Shown here: positions 37,021 through 48,192 of the stretch, in pieces
How positions within the stretch are numbered: the first letter of the stretch is position 1
Layout: each line of letters opens with the position of its first letter
Assembly (NCBI GenBank): GCA_963663965.2
Contig: CAXXFK010000020.1
Location: forward strand, 96,001 to 160,000
Source of the DNA: Sedimentisphaerales bacterium
GTDB lineage: Bacteria > Planctomycetota > Phycisphaerae > Sedimentisphaerales > SM23-30
DNA length: 64,000 nucleotides
Direction: 5' to 3'
Position numbers and translations under genes: made by a program
The notes under the pieces: model-generated
Databases searched by the model: none
Told to the model about the DNA's origin: nothing
What the model saw: only the letters and a program-made list of their open reading frames with translations

Positions 37021-38673
37021 ATGCGTTTATTGCTGATCTTATTTTGGTCTTTCGTTTTTACGGGGTCTGTGTGGGCAGAGAATATTGACCCGTACGATAC
37101 GGACCGCCAATACGCCTGGGGTGAAAATGTGGGCTGGCTGAATTTTGAGCCCGGCCAGGGAGAGGGCGTTACGGTCAGTCGGAATTCGCTGAGCGGTTAT
37201 TTATGGTCAGAGAATGTGGGCTGGATCAATCTCTCGCCTGGTGAGTATGGCGGGGTATTGAATGATGGGAGCGGTAACCTGTCCGGTTATGGGTGGGGTG
37301 AAAATGTGGGCTGGATCAATTTTGATCCGCAGGTACCGGGAGATCCAACCTGCTATGGAGTGAAAATCGATCAGGATGGCAACTTTCAGGGTTGGGCCTG
37401 GGGTGAGACTATCGGCTGGATTCACCTGAATGGATCGGGGGCGGTTGACTATGGGGTACAAACCGGAGAATGCCCGCTCGATACCGATCGTCTGGAAAAC
37501 TGGACGCCGGTAAAAATTTCGAACAACCAAGATCGGTGGCTGGCCCCAAGAATTGCCGTTCATGAGGATTCCATTCATGTGGTCTGGTATAATCTGGCGG
37601 TTGACTCGCTGATCTATCGCCGCAGTACCGATGGCGGTTTAAGCTGGGACGATCCGCAAATTCTGGCCAGTGGCACGGTTCATACGCCGGCCATTGCCGT
37701 TTCCGGTCAGGATGTGCATGTGGTCTGGCGCGGGGCCAGTTCGACGATATGCTATCGGCGGAGCGTGAATAATGGGGCATCGTTTGGCTCGGTGGTGAAT
37801 TTGAGTACCGGGCCGGATGATGGTTATTTACCGGACATTGCCGTATACAGTCCGATGGTCTATGTGATCTGGATCCAATCGGGGCCTACTTATGATATTC
37901 GTCTGGCTCGCAGTCTGGACGATGGCGCTAACTGGCAAGCCTCTGCTTTGATAACCAGTGATGGCGGTACAACCGAGGAGCGTGTGCCCAGGATCGCGGC
38001 GGGGTATCAACGCGCCTATGTCGCCTGGCTGGAAATTGACGATGCCACGGTGTTTACTCGTTATTCGTTATCCAGCAACTCCGGCGTAAACTGGACCCCC
38101 AAGACGACGCTTTGGGCAGAGCCTATCGATACTATCAACCAGGTCGCGATTGCCTGTCAGGGCAGTAATGTCTATGTCGTTCGAGACGCGCCGGAGAACG
38201 GGCCGCTGCAAAAGGTCAGTATCAATGGCGGATCGACGTTTTCAGCTGAAATCCGGTTGGGTAACGGCAACAATTATGGCCCGGAAATGGACGCGGTCAG
38301 TGTCTATAGTCAAAACGGCTGTTCGGTTTACGCCAGGGACAGCGGCCTGTTTGTGTCGAACGGTCTGTGCCGGGCCTGTCAGATCGATACGAACCTGAGC
38401 GGCTTTGTTCATGTCGATATCGGTGTCAGTTCCAGCGGCCGCCGCCATGTGGTGTGCGGCTATGGTTCCAGTATCTATTACTATCGAGAGGTGCCGGGAG
38501 ATTTTAATGGGGACGGCGAGGTTGATTTGAAGGATTTCGCCAGCTTTGCGGCGGAAGGCTGGTTATCTGACAACTGTATGGGGTGCGGCGGCTATGATCT
38601 GACATTCGATGGCCGGGTCTCGATCGATGATATCCAGAAATTCATTGAGGACTGGCTGGTTGGGATTCAGTAA
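37021..38673 (+). CDS. Secreted protein with WGENVGW repeats, Asp-box (BNR) propeller and dockerin-like tail
   Basis: Signal peptide; four W[GS]E[NT][VI]GW repeats; RSTDGGLSW, RSVNNGASF, RSLDDGANW, SSNSGVNW, SINGGSTF; GDFNGDGEVDLKDF and DLTFDGRVSIDD. Confidence 0.85.
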   Translation: MRLLLILFWSFVFTGSVWAENIDPYDTDRQYAWGENVGWLNFEPGQGEGVTVSRNSLSGYLWSENVGWINLSPGEYGGVLNDGSGNLSGYGWGENVGWINFDPQVPGDPTCYGVKIDQDGNFQGWAWGETIGWIHLNGSGAVDYGVQTGECPLDTDRLENWTPVKISNNQDRWLAPRIAVHEDSIHVVWYNLAVDSLIYRRSTDGGLSWDDPQILASGTVHTPAIAVSGQDVHVVWRGASSTICYRRSVNNGASFGSVVNLSTGPDDGYLPDIAVYSPMVYVIWIQSGPTYDIRLARSLDDGANWQASALITSDGGTTEERVPRIAAGYQRAYVAWLEIDDATVFTRYSLSSNSGVNWTPKTTLWAEPIDTINQVAIACQGSNVYVVRDAPENGPLQKVSINGGSTFSAEIRLGNGNNYGPEMDAVSVYSQNGCSVYARDSGLFVSNGLCRACQIDTNLSGFVHVDIGVSSSGRRHVVCGYGSSIYYYREVPGDFNGDGEVDLKDFASFAAEGWLSDNCMGCGGYDLTFDGRVSIDDIQKFIEDWLVGIQ

Positions 38674-38754
38674 TACAGGGCAGGATGCTATTCAAGGTTT
38701 CGAGCCAACTGAACACACAGGGTGGTCAAGTCGCAACCAAAGAAGAAATAGTTC

Positions 38755-38819
38755 ACACAAAGCCACTAAGCCACGAAGATTAACAGCCATTTAGACAGGA
38801 TCACAGGATCGACAGGATA
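38755..38819. repeat. Two short degenerate triplet repeats (8-9 nt units)
   Basis: ACACAAAG CCACTAAG CCACGAAG and GACAGGATC ACAGGATC GACAGGATA. Confidence 0.6.
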
Positions 38820-39033
38820 AAAAGTTCGGGACCATTAAAATATCTTATAAGATGTAGTCATTACTTTGCTTATAAAACATACTAACAAAAAGCTTGCTAA
38901 GAAAACAAAGAAATGATGGATTGTAGTATGAAAAAACGCGTAAATGAGTCAGAGGCTTGACAGGAATATCGATTGAAACGGAAACATCAACTCGCACAAA
39001 AATCATTTTGTCAGGCACCCTAAGTCTGATCAA

Positions 39034-39074
39034 CAAAGAAACGCCGGATCGATAATCTGGTCAATCCGGCGTTT
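39034..39074 (-). terminator. Rho-independent terminator of glgP-xfp
   Basis: AAACGCCGGAT...ATCCGGCGTTT stem with an A-rich flank. Confidence 0.7.
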
Positions 39075-39132
39075 ATCTTCAAGTTAATCATTCATCGATT
39101 ATGAAAAATGGGCGATAAAAATTGATCCCTGT

Positions 39133-41511
39133 TCAATCGGGCCACTGGAACTGATCGAACTGGGGTTTGTCCACGCCATATTGGTAGGCGTAATTCTGGC
39201 ATTCGATCTGCATATTGCGCATCTTCTCTTTGACGTGGGCGCCGGCGACATGGAGGGCCGGGACCCGGTCGATGACATCCATGGCCAGGCTGAACCGGTC
39301 GATCTGATTGCGAATCGCCAGGTCGAGGGGGGTATTGATGTTGCCCTTTTCCTTATAGCCGCGCACATGGAGGTTGCGATGGTTGGTTCGCCGGTAGGTT
39401 AAGCGGTGAATCAGCCAGGGGTAACCGTGGAAATTGAAGATGATCGGCTTGTCTATGGTAAACAGGCTGTCGAAGTCCCGGTCGGACAGGCCGTGCGGAT
39501 GCTCGGTGGCAGGGGTCAGTTTGAACAGATCGACCACATTGACAAACCGGATTTTCAAATCGGGGAAGTGCTCGCGCAGCAGGACTACCGCCGCCAGCGC
39601 TTCCTTGGTGGGGATATCGCCCGCCGAGGCCATGACCACATCCGGCTCGACCCCGTCGTCGTTGCTGGCCTGCTGCCAGAGGCCGATCCCCTTGGTGCAA
39701 TGGGCCACGGCTTCCTCCATGTTCAGGTACTGCAAATGCTTCTGCTTGTCGGACACAATTACGTTGATGTAGTTGGTACTCCGCAGGCAGTGATTGGCTA
39801 CGCTCAGCAGGCAGTTGACATCCGGCGGCAGATAGATTCGGCAGACATCCGGGCTTTTGTTACAAACCACATCCAGAAAACCGGGGTCCTGATGGGTGAA
39901 GCCGTTGTGGTCCTGGCGCCATACTGTTGAGGTGATCAGCAGGTTCAGCGAGGAGATCGGCGAGCGCCAGGGTAACTGGCGGCAGATCGCCAGCCACTTG
40001 GCATGCTGGTTGAACATCGAATCGATCACATGGACAAACGCCTCGTAGGTGGAGAAGAATCCGTGCCGTCCGGTCAGCAGGTATCCTTCCAGCCAGCCTT
40101 CCAGGGTGTGTTCCGAGAGCATTTCGAGCACCCGGCCATCCGGCGCCAGTTCGCCGCCATCGGCGTCCTCCGGCAGATAATCCGCCAGCCACAGTTTTTT
40201 GCTCGCCTCATAGATCGCATCCAGTTTGTTGGAGCTGTTTTCATCCGGACCAAAAACACGGAAATTGGTCATATTCTGGCGCATGACATCGCGTAAAAAC
40301 CGGCCCAGCGGGCGGGTGTTTTCGGCGGTGATCTGGCCCAGCTTTTCCACCGGGATAGCGTAGTCCTGAAATTCCGGCATACGCAGGGGCTTGCGCAACA
40401 GACCGCCATTGGCGTGGGGATTGGCGCTCATCCGGCGGGTTCCCCGGGGAGCCAGCGCTTTTAATTCGGGAATCAACCGGCCCTGCTGATCGAAGAGGGT
40501 CTCGGGCTGGTAGCTGCGCAGCCAGGTCTCCAGCTGGCTTAGATGGGCGGGTTTTTCGCGCAATCCGCTCAGCGGCACCTGATGCGCCCGCCAGAATCCT
40601 TCGACCTTTTTGCCATCCACTTCAGCGGGGCCGGTCCAGCCTTTGGGACTTCGCAAGACGATCATCGGCCAGCGCGGGCGGGTGGGCCGGCCGCTACTGC
40701 GCGCCTCCTGCTGGATGCGGCGGATCTCCAGAACACAGGCTTCCATGGTCGCGGCCATTGCCTGATGCATCGCCATGGGCTCGTGGCCTTCGACAAAATG
40801 GGGCGTCCAGCCGTAGCCGGTAAACAGGGCCGCCAGTTCCTCGTGCGAAATCCGCGCCAACAGGGTTGGATTGTTGATTTTGTAACCGTTCAAGTGCAAT
40901 ATTGGCAATACCGCCCCGTCCCGGATCGGATTGAGGTATTTGTTGGAATGCCAGGAGGTGGCCAGCGGGCCGGTCTCGGATTCGCCGTCGCCTACCATGA
41001 CCGTTACGATCAGATCGGGATTGTCGAACGCCGCGCCGAAGGCATGGGAAATACTATAGCCCAGTTCGCCGCCTTCATGAATGGAGCCGGGGGTTTCGGG
41101 GGTGCAATGGCTGCCAATGCCGCCGGGAAAGGAGAACTCCTGGAAGAATTCGCACATTCCCTCTTCATCTTCGCCCTTGTTGGGATATACTTCGGAATAG
41201 GCGCCTTCCAGATAGACCGGCGCCAGTACGCCCGGCGCGCCATGGCCCGGTCCGGCCAGGAAGATCGCGTCCAGATCATACTTGTTGATCAAGCGGTTCA
41301 TGTGTATGTAAGTAAAGCTCAGGCCGGGACTGGCGCCCCAATGGCCCAGCAGCCGCTGCTTGATATGTTCCGGCTTGAGCGGCTCGCGCAACAGGGGGTT
41401 GGCCTGCAGGTAGATCATCCCCGCCGCCAGATAATTACAGGCCCGCCAATAGGCATCCAAACGGGATAACTCATCGGGCGCCAACGTCTGACTCTCTTTC
41501 GAATTTGACAT
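39133..41511 (-). CDS. xfp: Xylulose-5-P/fructose-6-P phosphoketolase
   Basis: [32 protein letters not shown] (TPP binding), [27 protein letters not shown]. Confidence 0.97.
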   Translation of the reverse strand: MSNSKESQTLAPDELSRLDAYWRACNYLAAGMIYLQANPLLREPLKPEHIKQRLLGHWGASPGLSFTYIHMNRLINKYDLDAIFLAGPGHGAPGVLAPVYLEGAYSEVYPNKGEDEEGMCEFFQEFSFPGGIGSHCTPETPGSIHEGGELGYSISHAFGAAFDNPDLIVTVMVGDGESETGPLATSWHSNKYLNPIRDGAVLPILHLNGYKINNPTLLARISHEELAALFTGYGWTPHFVEGHEPMAMHQAMAATMEACVLEIRRIQQEARSSGRPTRPRWPMIVLRSPKGWTGPAEVDGKKVEGFWRAHQVPLSGLREKPAHLSQLETWLRSYQPETLFDQQGRLIPELKALAPRGTRRMSANPHANGGLLRKPLRMPEFQDYAIPVEKLGQITAENTRPLGRFLRDVMRQNMTNFRVFGPDENSSNKLDAIYEASKKLWLADYLPEDADGGELAPDGRVLEMLSEHTLEGWLEGYLLTGRHGFFSTYEAFVHVIDSMFNQHAKWLAICRQLPWRSPISSLNLLITSTVWRQDHNGFTHQDPGFLDVVCNKSPDVCRIYLPPDVNCLLSVANHCLRSTNYINVIVSDKQKHLQYLNMEEAVAHCTKGIGLWQQASNDDGVEPDVVMASAGDIPTKEALAAVVLLREHFPDLKIRFVNVVDLFKLTPATEHPHGLSDRDFDSLFTIDKPIIFNFHGYPWLIHRLTYRRTNHRNLHVRGYKEKGNINTPLDLAIRNQIDRFSLAMDVIDRVPALHVAGAHVKEKMRNMQIECQNYAYQYGVDKPQFDQFQWPD

Positions 41512-41635
41512 AAAGACCCTTTCTAACCGGTCGGGCCGGTTTTATGACATCGCGTTTTTTGCGGAGGAACCCCCCTCAGTCTGCCGCAATGGTTCCATGA
41601 CTGTTTCCCATGAACATTTATCTTCCTCGGTCCTT

Positions 41636-44182
41636 TCATCGTTGCCAGATAATATAATTGGCTTCCAGCGGAACCGCAACACCCGGCCGGTGGGGAATGA
41701 TCCGCGGGGTATAATCATCCGCCGGACGGTTGGCCGGAACAATCGCCGTATACCAATGCCCTTCACCATGACCGGCGCCATCGCCATCCGGCTTCATTTC
41801 CTGCCGCATCTTATCCCGGTTGGGACCCCCCTCGGCATACAATTCAACCCGCACTTCATCAGGATTGAGCCCATTAAGAAAAACCTCCGTCATAAATCGA
41901 TAAGCATCGGTCCGGGTGTCGATCTCCAGGGTCCCAAACCGGACCAGGCTCCACCGATCTTTGAGTTTTGACAACCATTCGGCAATTTGCCCGCCAACTT
42001 CCGCCTTGGCGGCGGCTCGCTCATTATACTTTCTGGCGGCGGGTATATAATAGTGTTCTGTGTACTCGCGCACGGTTCGATTGGCAGAAAACTGAGCCGT
42101 CAGGGTTGCCATGCTTTCGCGCACCCGGCCAATCCAGGCCCGGGGCAGCCCCGCGCTGTCCCGGTCGTAAAACTCCGGGGCAACTTGCGATTCCAGCAAA
42201 TCAAAAAGCTGTTCGGCCTCCGCCCGGTCCCACGCCGGATCGTCACCATGCTCGCGGCCATCGCCCAATGCCCAACCCACCTCCGGCCGGTAAGCCTCCG
42301 CCCACCAGCCATCCAGTTCCGACAGATTAATACCGCCGTTAACCAATACCTTCATTCCGCTGGTTCCGCTAGCCTCCCATGGCCGGCGCGGCGTATTGAG
42401 CCAGACATCCACACCCTGAACCAGATGCTCTGTCAGGCTCATATCATAATCGCTTAAAAATATTACCCGGCCCTGTACCTCCGGCCGCCGGATAAATCCG
42501 GTCCACTCCTTTATCAGCGCCTGTCCTCCCGCATCCGCCGGATGCGCCTTACCCGCGATGATCAACTGCACCGGACACCGAGAGTCGGTCAGCAATCGAA
42601 TCAATCGTTCCGGATCGAAAAGCAGCAGATTCGGACGCTTGTAAGTGGCGAACCGGCGCGCGAATCCCAGAGTCAATACCCCGGGCTCCAAAACTGTCCG
42701 GGCCGCTTCCACCTCGTCCGACGACGCGCCGGAGGTGGCCCGTTGCAATGTCAGCCGGCGGCGGGCATAGTCGATCAGAGCGCGGCGGCCCTCGTTGCGA
42801 AAGTTCCAGAGCTCCTCATCGTCAATATGCCGGACATCCGGCTCGCAAGTCTGGTCCGCCTTACGCCAGCGGTCTTTGCCGCACGCTTTGGTCCACAGGC
42901 CATCGGCCGCTTCCGAATCCCAGCTTGGAACATGGACTCCGTTGGTCACGTGCCCCACCGGGATCTCCAGTTGCGGCCAGCGGGGATATAGCGGGCTGAA
43001 TAACTCGCGGCTGACCTCGCCATGTAAACGGCTGACCCCATTGGCCGCCCCGCAACCGCGCAATGCCAGATACGCCATATTGAAAGGCTCCGCCGGATTG
43101 CTGCCATTGAGTCGCCCCAGGGCCAGCAACTCATCTCCGGATAATCCCAGCCGTTTCTGTGCGTAGCCGGCCAGATAATAATAGATCAGATCGGGAGAAA
43201 AACGATCGAAGCCGGCCGCCACCGCAGTATGGGTGGTGAACAGATTGCCGGCCCGAGTTACTGCCAGGGCGATATGAAACGGTTGACCAGTCTCCGCCAT
43301 AAAATCAGCCGCTCGCTCCAGTATGGCAAACGCCGCGTGCCCCTCGTTCAAATGGCACACTTGCGGCGGCATTCCCAGTTCCCTTAACAGCCGCCAGCCA
43401 CCGATGCCCAGCACCATTTCCTGCTTGAGTCGCAGTTCAGAACCACCGCCATATAACTCGCTGGTGATTCCCCGGTGTGCCGGGAAATTCGCGGCGTCGT
43501 TGGTGTCCAGCAGCAATAATCTGACAGAACCCACCTGAGCCTGCCATGCGCGCAGCCAGACGGAATAACCGGGCAATTCGATTTCCAGTCGCAACCACTG
43601 ACCATCGGGTTTACGCAGGGGCGTTATGGGCAACTGCGACGGATCATTGTAAGGATACCACGCCTGTTGTTCGCCATTCTTACCGATGATCTGCCGAAAA
43701 TAACCCTGCTGATACAGCAGGCCCACGCCCACTACTGGGACACCCAGATCGCTGGCCGCTTTTAACTGGTCGCCCGCCACATTGCCCAGCCCGCCCGAAT
43801 ATATCGGCAAGGCCTCGCTCAGCATAAACTCCATGCTGAAATAAGCCACACTCTTCAGCCCGCTAGTCCCATGCTGTCGTTCAAACCAAGTCGCATGGCG
43901 CGACTGTTCCCGCTTAATTTTTACAAACTCATCGAGTTGGTGACGAAAAACCGGATCCCTCAGGATATCGTCAAGACGCGCCCGGGCGACGGACTGAAGA
44001 ATCACCCAGGGATTCCGGGTCAATTCCCATAACGCCGGATCGAGCTGCTGCCAGATTTCATCGGTCGAGTGGCTCCAGGACCAGCGTAAATCCAATGCCA
44101 GCTCGGCCAGTAAATCGAATCCCTCAGTTGCATCCGGGTCATTGGTTCGGCCTGAACGGTTAAGCTTTTCCTCACGTTTCAT
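41636..44182 (-). CDS. glgP: Alpha-glucan (glycogen/maltodextrin) phosphorylase
   Basis: AYFSMEF, YSGGLGNVAGD, HLNEGH, FARRFATYKR, EASGTSGMK PLP motif. Confidence 0.96.
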   Translation of the reverse strand: MKREEKLNRSGRTNDPDATEGFDLLAELALDLRWSWSHSTDEIWQQLDPALWELTRNPWVILQSVARARLDDILRDPVFRHQLDEFVKIKREQSRHATWFERQHGTSGLKSVAYFSMEFMLSEALPIYSGGLGNVAGDQLKAASDLGVPVVGVGLLYQQGYFRQIIGKNGEQQAWYPYNDPSQLPITPLRKPDGQWLRLEIELPGYSVWLRAWQAQVGSVRLLLLDTNDAANFPAHRGITSELYGGGSELRLKQEMVLGIGGWRLLRELGMPPQVCHLNEGHAAFAILERAADFMAETGQPFHIALAVTRAGNLFTTHTAVAAGFDRFSPDLIYYYLAGYAQKRLGLSGDELLALGRLNGSNPAEPFNMAYLALRGCGAANGVSRLHGEVSRELFSPLYPRWPQLEIPVGHVTNGVHVPSWDSEAADGLWTKACGKDRWRKADQTCEPDVRHIDDEELWNFRNEGRRALIDYARRRLTLQRATSGASSDEVEAARTVLEPGVLTLGFARRFATYKRPNLLLFDPERLIRLLTDSRCPVQLIIAGKAHPADAGGQALIKEWTGFIRRPEVQGRVIFLSDYDMSLTEHLVQGVDVWLNTPRRPWEASGTSGMKVLVNGGINLSELDGWWAEAYRPEVGWALGDGREHGDDPAWDRAEAEQLFDLLESQVAPEFYDRDSAGLPRAWIGRVRESMATLTAQFSANRTVREYTEHYYIPAARKYNERAAAKAEVGGQIAEWLSKLKDRWSLVRFGTLEIDTRTDAYRFMTEVFLNGLNPDEVRVELYAEGGPNRDKMRQEMKPDGDGAGHGEGHWYTAIVPANRPADDYTPRIIPHRPGVAVPLEANYIIWQR

Positions 44183-44530
44183 GGCAAATTCGCTTTCATG
44201 TGTTCAAGTTCCGATCGGACCGGCCTCCGGCCGGATAAGATGAACCGATCATTTACATCATAGCCCTGCCGAAAATCGTTTTCCATGCCAAATTTATTTT
44301 AGACACTACATTAAACATTACTTTTTATTTAATAGAGAGTTACACACAGAATGCCTGGCCGATATCCACCAATATTGGCCAGTATTTGACGGCACTGTGA
44401 GACCTCCAAGGCCTGTAACATCAGGCTGGTTTTGATGGTTATATCAATATTTTATGCAATTCTCTATCCAACATCACGTAATATTATTATTAACAAGGGT
44501 CTGCAACCTCTATAGCAAGGAACTGAACTT

Positions 44531-45754
44531 ATGAAATTATTTACATGGCTTACACGTATCTTGCCGGTTATTGGGATTGTTTGTGTGAGTGGTCTGGCGG
44601 CCTGGGGGGAGGGTGAGCGTTTCGAACAGGACCGGTTCGCGATCGGGTTCTGGGTGGATCCGCCGGCGGATGAGACAATGGACCTGCGTTACCGGGAAAT
44701 TGCCCAGGCTAATTTTACTTTGGTGATTGGCGGTTTCGGGGCCAACAACAAAGCCGCCGTGACCCGGCAGATCGAGCTTTGCGAAAAATATGATCTAAGA
44801 TTGATCGCCCATCTGCCATTGACCGACATAGGAAACCTGCCCGAATCGCCGGTGTGCTGGGGGTATAGTATCCGCGATGAACCCTCGACCCGGGATTTTC
44901 CTGCGTTGAGCGCCACAGTCACCAAGCTCCGTCAGCAGGCGCCCGGTAAGCTGGCCTATATCAATCTGTTTCCGAATTACGCCAACAGCGCGCAGCTGGG
45001 CGCGGACAGTTATGATGAGCATGTCAGCCGGTTTGTCAATGAGGTCGATCCCGATGTGCTGAGTATGGACCATTACCCGAAAATGACGCCCAGGGCGGAT
45101 GGCCGCCAGGGGTATTGCGATAATCTGGCGGTGATGCGGAAGTATTCCCTCGAAAAGAACATTCCGTTCTGGAACTTCTTTAATACCATGCCCTACGGGC
45201 CCCATTATGATCCCACCGAAGCGCAGTTGCGCTGGCAGATTTATACCTCGCTGGCCTATGGCGCCAAGGGGGTGCTTTATTTCTGCTATTATACCCCGGC
45301 CGGGGGCGAGTTTCCCAAGGGCGGCGCGATTATCGCCCGGGATGACCGCAAAACCCGCCATTACGAAGAGGCCAGGCGCATCAATCATGCCATAAAAAAC
45401 CTGGGGCCCACGCTGATGCAGTTAACCAGCAGGGCGGTTTATCGGGTCCGGCCGGAAGATCAGCCGGCGGACATCCTGAAAGGATCGCCCATCCGGGAGA
45501 TGACGCCCGGCGATTACCTGATTGGCGAGTTCCGGCACAAAGATGGTCAGCGGGTGGTTCTGCTCAACAATTATGACTTTGCTTACGCGGCCTGGCCCAC
45601 GGTGACCTTCGACACCCAGCCGGCGGTCGTCTATGAAATTGATCAGGAAACCGGACAGAAACATCCGGTTATCGATGACAGCCCGGCGATGGAGGGTTTG
45701 CAGATTTCGCTGGACGCGGGGGGTGGACGATTGTTTATAATGGCATCGAATTGA
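44531..45754 (+). CDS. Exported hypothetical protein, probable TIM-barrel glycoside hydrolase-like
   Basis: Signal peptide; GYSIRDEP, AYINLFPNYA, LSMDHYP, PTEAQLRWQIYTSLAYGAKGVLYFCY. Confidence 0.65.
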   Translation: MKLFTWLTRILPVIGIVCVSGLAAWGEGERFEQDRFAIGFWVDPPADETMDLRYREIAQANFTLVIGGFGANNKAAVTRQIELCEKYDLRLIAHLPLTDIGNLPESPVCWGYSIRDEPSTRDFPALSATVTKLRQQAPGKLAYINLFPNYANSAQLGADSYDEHVSRFVNEVDPDVLSMDHYPKMTPRADGRQGYCDNLAVMRKYSLEKNIPFWNFFNTMPYGPHYDPTEAQLRWQIYTSLAYGAKGVLYFCYYTPAGGEFPKGGAIIARDDRKTRHYEEARRINHAIKNLGPTLMQLTSRAVYRVRPEDQPADILKGSPIREMTPGDYLIGEFRHKDGQRVVLLNNYDFAYAAWPTVTFDTQPAVVYEIDQETGQKHPVIDDSPAMEGLQISLDAGGGRLFIMASN

Positions 45755-45765
45755 ACTTAACCGAT

Positions 45766-47112
45766 ATGAACCTGATAAACCGAACTATTATCTTTCTTAT
45801 TCTGGTGTTGTCTGGCTTGATAGTTTCGAGTGTCTGGGCTGAGAAGCCGGTGGCCGGCGATCCCAATGCCCTGATAATTCCTCATCGCGGCGCGTTGGCG
45901 GGAGACCGTTACCGGGTTGTGGTGACCTCCGATATTGGCGGGACCGATCCGGATGATTTTCAATCCATGGTGCATCTGCTGGTTTACGCGGACTGCTTCG
46001 ATCTGGAAGGGCTGGTCGCGTCGCCTTATGGCGAGGGTCGAATCAGCGATATTCTAACAGTGATTGACTGCTATGCCCGGGATTATCCGAACCTGAAAAC
46101 CTATTCCGACCGCTACCCCACCCCGCAGGCCCTGCGCGCGATCACCAAGCAGGGCGCCCTGGCGAGGCCCGGCCTGGCCGGTGTGGGCCAGAGTACGGCG
46201 GGCTCCGACTGGATTATCCGATGCGCGAAGCGTGAGGATCCGCGCCCGCTTTATCTGCTGGTGTGGGGCGGAATCGAAGACCTCGCCCAGGCGCTGCATG
46301 ACGCGCCGGAGATTCTGCCGAAATTGCGCGTCTATATGATTGGCGGGCCGAACAAAATGTGGAGTGTGGATGCTTATCAATACATCGCCGAGCATCATCC
46401 CGAACTATGGATAATTGAGGCCAACGCCACATATCGGGGCTGGTTTACGGGTGGGAATCAGCAAGGCGAGTGGGGTAACCAAATGTTTGTCAGTTCGCAT
46501 ATTGCCGGGAAAGGCGCGCTGGGCAGTTACTTTGCCACACACCTTGGAGGCAAGATCAAGATGGGCGATACACCCTCGGTGGCCTGGCTATTGCGGGGCA
46601 CCCCGGACGATCCATCGCAGTTGAGCTGGGGCGGTACGTTTGTGCGGATCTGGGATGGCCGCCGGACTGTTTTTAACCGCCTGACCACCGAGGCGGATCA
46701 GGTGGAGGTTTTTGGTGTGGTTGAGTTTGCCCTTTCGGTTCCCAAAGGGTTGAGTCATTTAAATACAGTCCGTGTTGTCTTTGATAACCGCATTTCTGCG
46801 GTGTGCAGTATCGAGGGAGAAGTATTGAGGTTCCGTTTTTCGCCGCGTGACGCCAAGGTGTGGCCTTATGTGATTCACAGTGAAAATCCCGGACTCGATG
46901 GCTGGTCGGGTGAGTTTGCCGCCGTGCTGCCTACGGTGGAACGGAGGGGCCGCCGTTCTTTGCGATATCCCAACTGGTGGATCGATGATCCCGATCCGGC
47001 GGTTGCTGAAGGGGTTCATCCCGGCGCAAAAAGCGTGAACCGGTGGCGTGAAGAGTTTCTACGTGATTTTGCCAACCGGATGTTACGCTGTCAATCGCCC
47101 TGTGGGCAGTGA
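45766..47112 (+). CDS. DUF1593 nucleoside hydrolase-like exported protein
   Basis: RVVVTSDIGGTDPDDFQSMVHLLVY, LVWGG, KMGDTPS. Confidence 0.85.
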   Translation: MNLINRTIIFLILVLSGLIVSSVWAEKPVAGDPNALIIPHRGALAGDRYRVVVTSDIGGTDPDDFQSMVHLLVYADCFDLEGLVASPYGEGRISDILTVIDCYARDYPNLKTYSDRYPTPQALRAITKQGALARPGLAGVGQSTAGSDWIIRCAKREDPRPLYLLVWGGIEDLAQALHDAPEILPKLRVYMIGGPNKMWSVDAYQYIAEHHPELWIIEANATYRGWFTGGNQQGEWGNQMFVSSHIAGKGALGSYFATHLGGKIKMGDTPSVAWLLRGTPDDPSQLSWGGTFVRIWDGRRTVFNRLTTEADQVEVFGVVEFALSVPKGLSHLNTVRVVFDNRISAVCSIEGEVLRFRFSPRDAKVWPYVIHSENPGLDGWSGEFAAVLPTVERRGRRSLRYPNWWIDDPDPAVAEGVHPGAKSVNRWREEFLRDFANRMLRCQSPCGQ

Positions 47113-47184
47113 AACGCCATCAGGTTCCGGCCGAGTTGAACGCTATGCCGGGCAACTGAAGATGGATGTCGGTTATGATGGTTT

Positions 47185-47973
47185 TTAATCGCCGGTAGCC
47201 GATAAAAACGCGCAGAGATCGGGGTCTTCAACGAGCCAGAATTGAACGAAAAGGGTGAGGTCCTGATAGTCGATGAGGTTGTCGGGATGGAGATCGAACC
47301 GGGATTCCTGGGGGACATTTAACCAGTTACGGAAGAGCAAGACGCAATCGTGGAGATCGACGCGGCAATTGTGATCGAAATCGGCCGGGAGATCGGGGCC
47401 GACAAGCGCGACGGAATCGAGATCGGTGGTCTCTTCGATGATGCTGCCGAATTCGGCTGAGATGCGCAAGGCGGTGAGGTTACTCATGACCGCGGCGAAA
47501 TCGGCCTCGCTGACGAGGGCTCCGGATTTGGAATTATAGTGAAATGTTGCGGCGGTTAACGGAATGGCATAGCGGGTCCAGCTGGTGGCCGGCAGTGGCC
47601 CGATGGGCGCGACAATCATAAGACCGTTGCCGACCAGCACGACGATATCCGTTTCGGTCCAGTTGTTCATGGTCGAGCGTAAACTGAACTTCAACGCGCC
47701 CCCGATTTTTTCGACCTGGTTGCCCAGGAATTCCGCAGGGGCGGCAAAGAAAAAGCAGTTGCCCGAAGGATCATGGCGGCCGATGTAGCCGCCGGTATCG
47801 CCGGCGGCGGCAGTGTGGTTGACGGTATAGCTGCCCAGGAGGGTATTGTAGTTGGAACAGCCGGCGTCGAAGATGGTCCAGCCCTGTGAATCGGAGGTGA
47901 AGTCACTGACCTGGCCGGGGCACAAACCGCACATTATCATGATGAGCAACAAAAAAGCTATATGTTTCCGCAT
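47185..47973 (-). CDS. Secreted laminin-B-like domain protein with dockerin-like tail
   Basis: FFAAPAEFLGNQ..GGALKF..DIVVLVGNG..SNLTALRISAEF; ADFDHNCRVDLHD and DLHPDNLIDYQD; AGGAGG RBS before ATG 47973. Confidence 0.75.
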   Translation of the reverse strand: MRKHIAFLLLIMIMCGLCPGQVSDFTSDSQGWTIFDAGCSNYNTLLGSYTVNHTAAAGDTGGYIGRHDPSGNCFFFAAPAEFLGNQVEKIGGALKFSLRSTMNNWTETDIVVLVGNGLMIVAPIGPLPATSWTRYAIPLTAATFHYNSKSGALVSEADFAAVMSNLTALRISAEFGSIIEETTDLDSVALVGPDLPADFDHNCRVDLHDCVLLFRNWLNVPQESRFDLHPDNLIDYQDLTLFVQFWLVEDPDLCAFLSATGD

Positions 47974-48192
47974 CGAGGCGCCTCCTGAGCTATAAACATT
48001 GGAATAATACCGATGGCGCTGTTCAAAAGCACCCTTAGTATGTTGTATTATCTGAGGGGGGATAGCGATTATCCCCCCCTTAGGGACCGTAAATAAATAA
48101 CTACTACAATTCTCGTTCCATCTTGCCGCCATCTTCAGCCGCTTCTCAATCGCGCAAACCTCGACATAGAATAGCTATGCCTGCGGTTTCGC

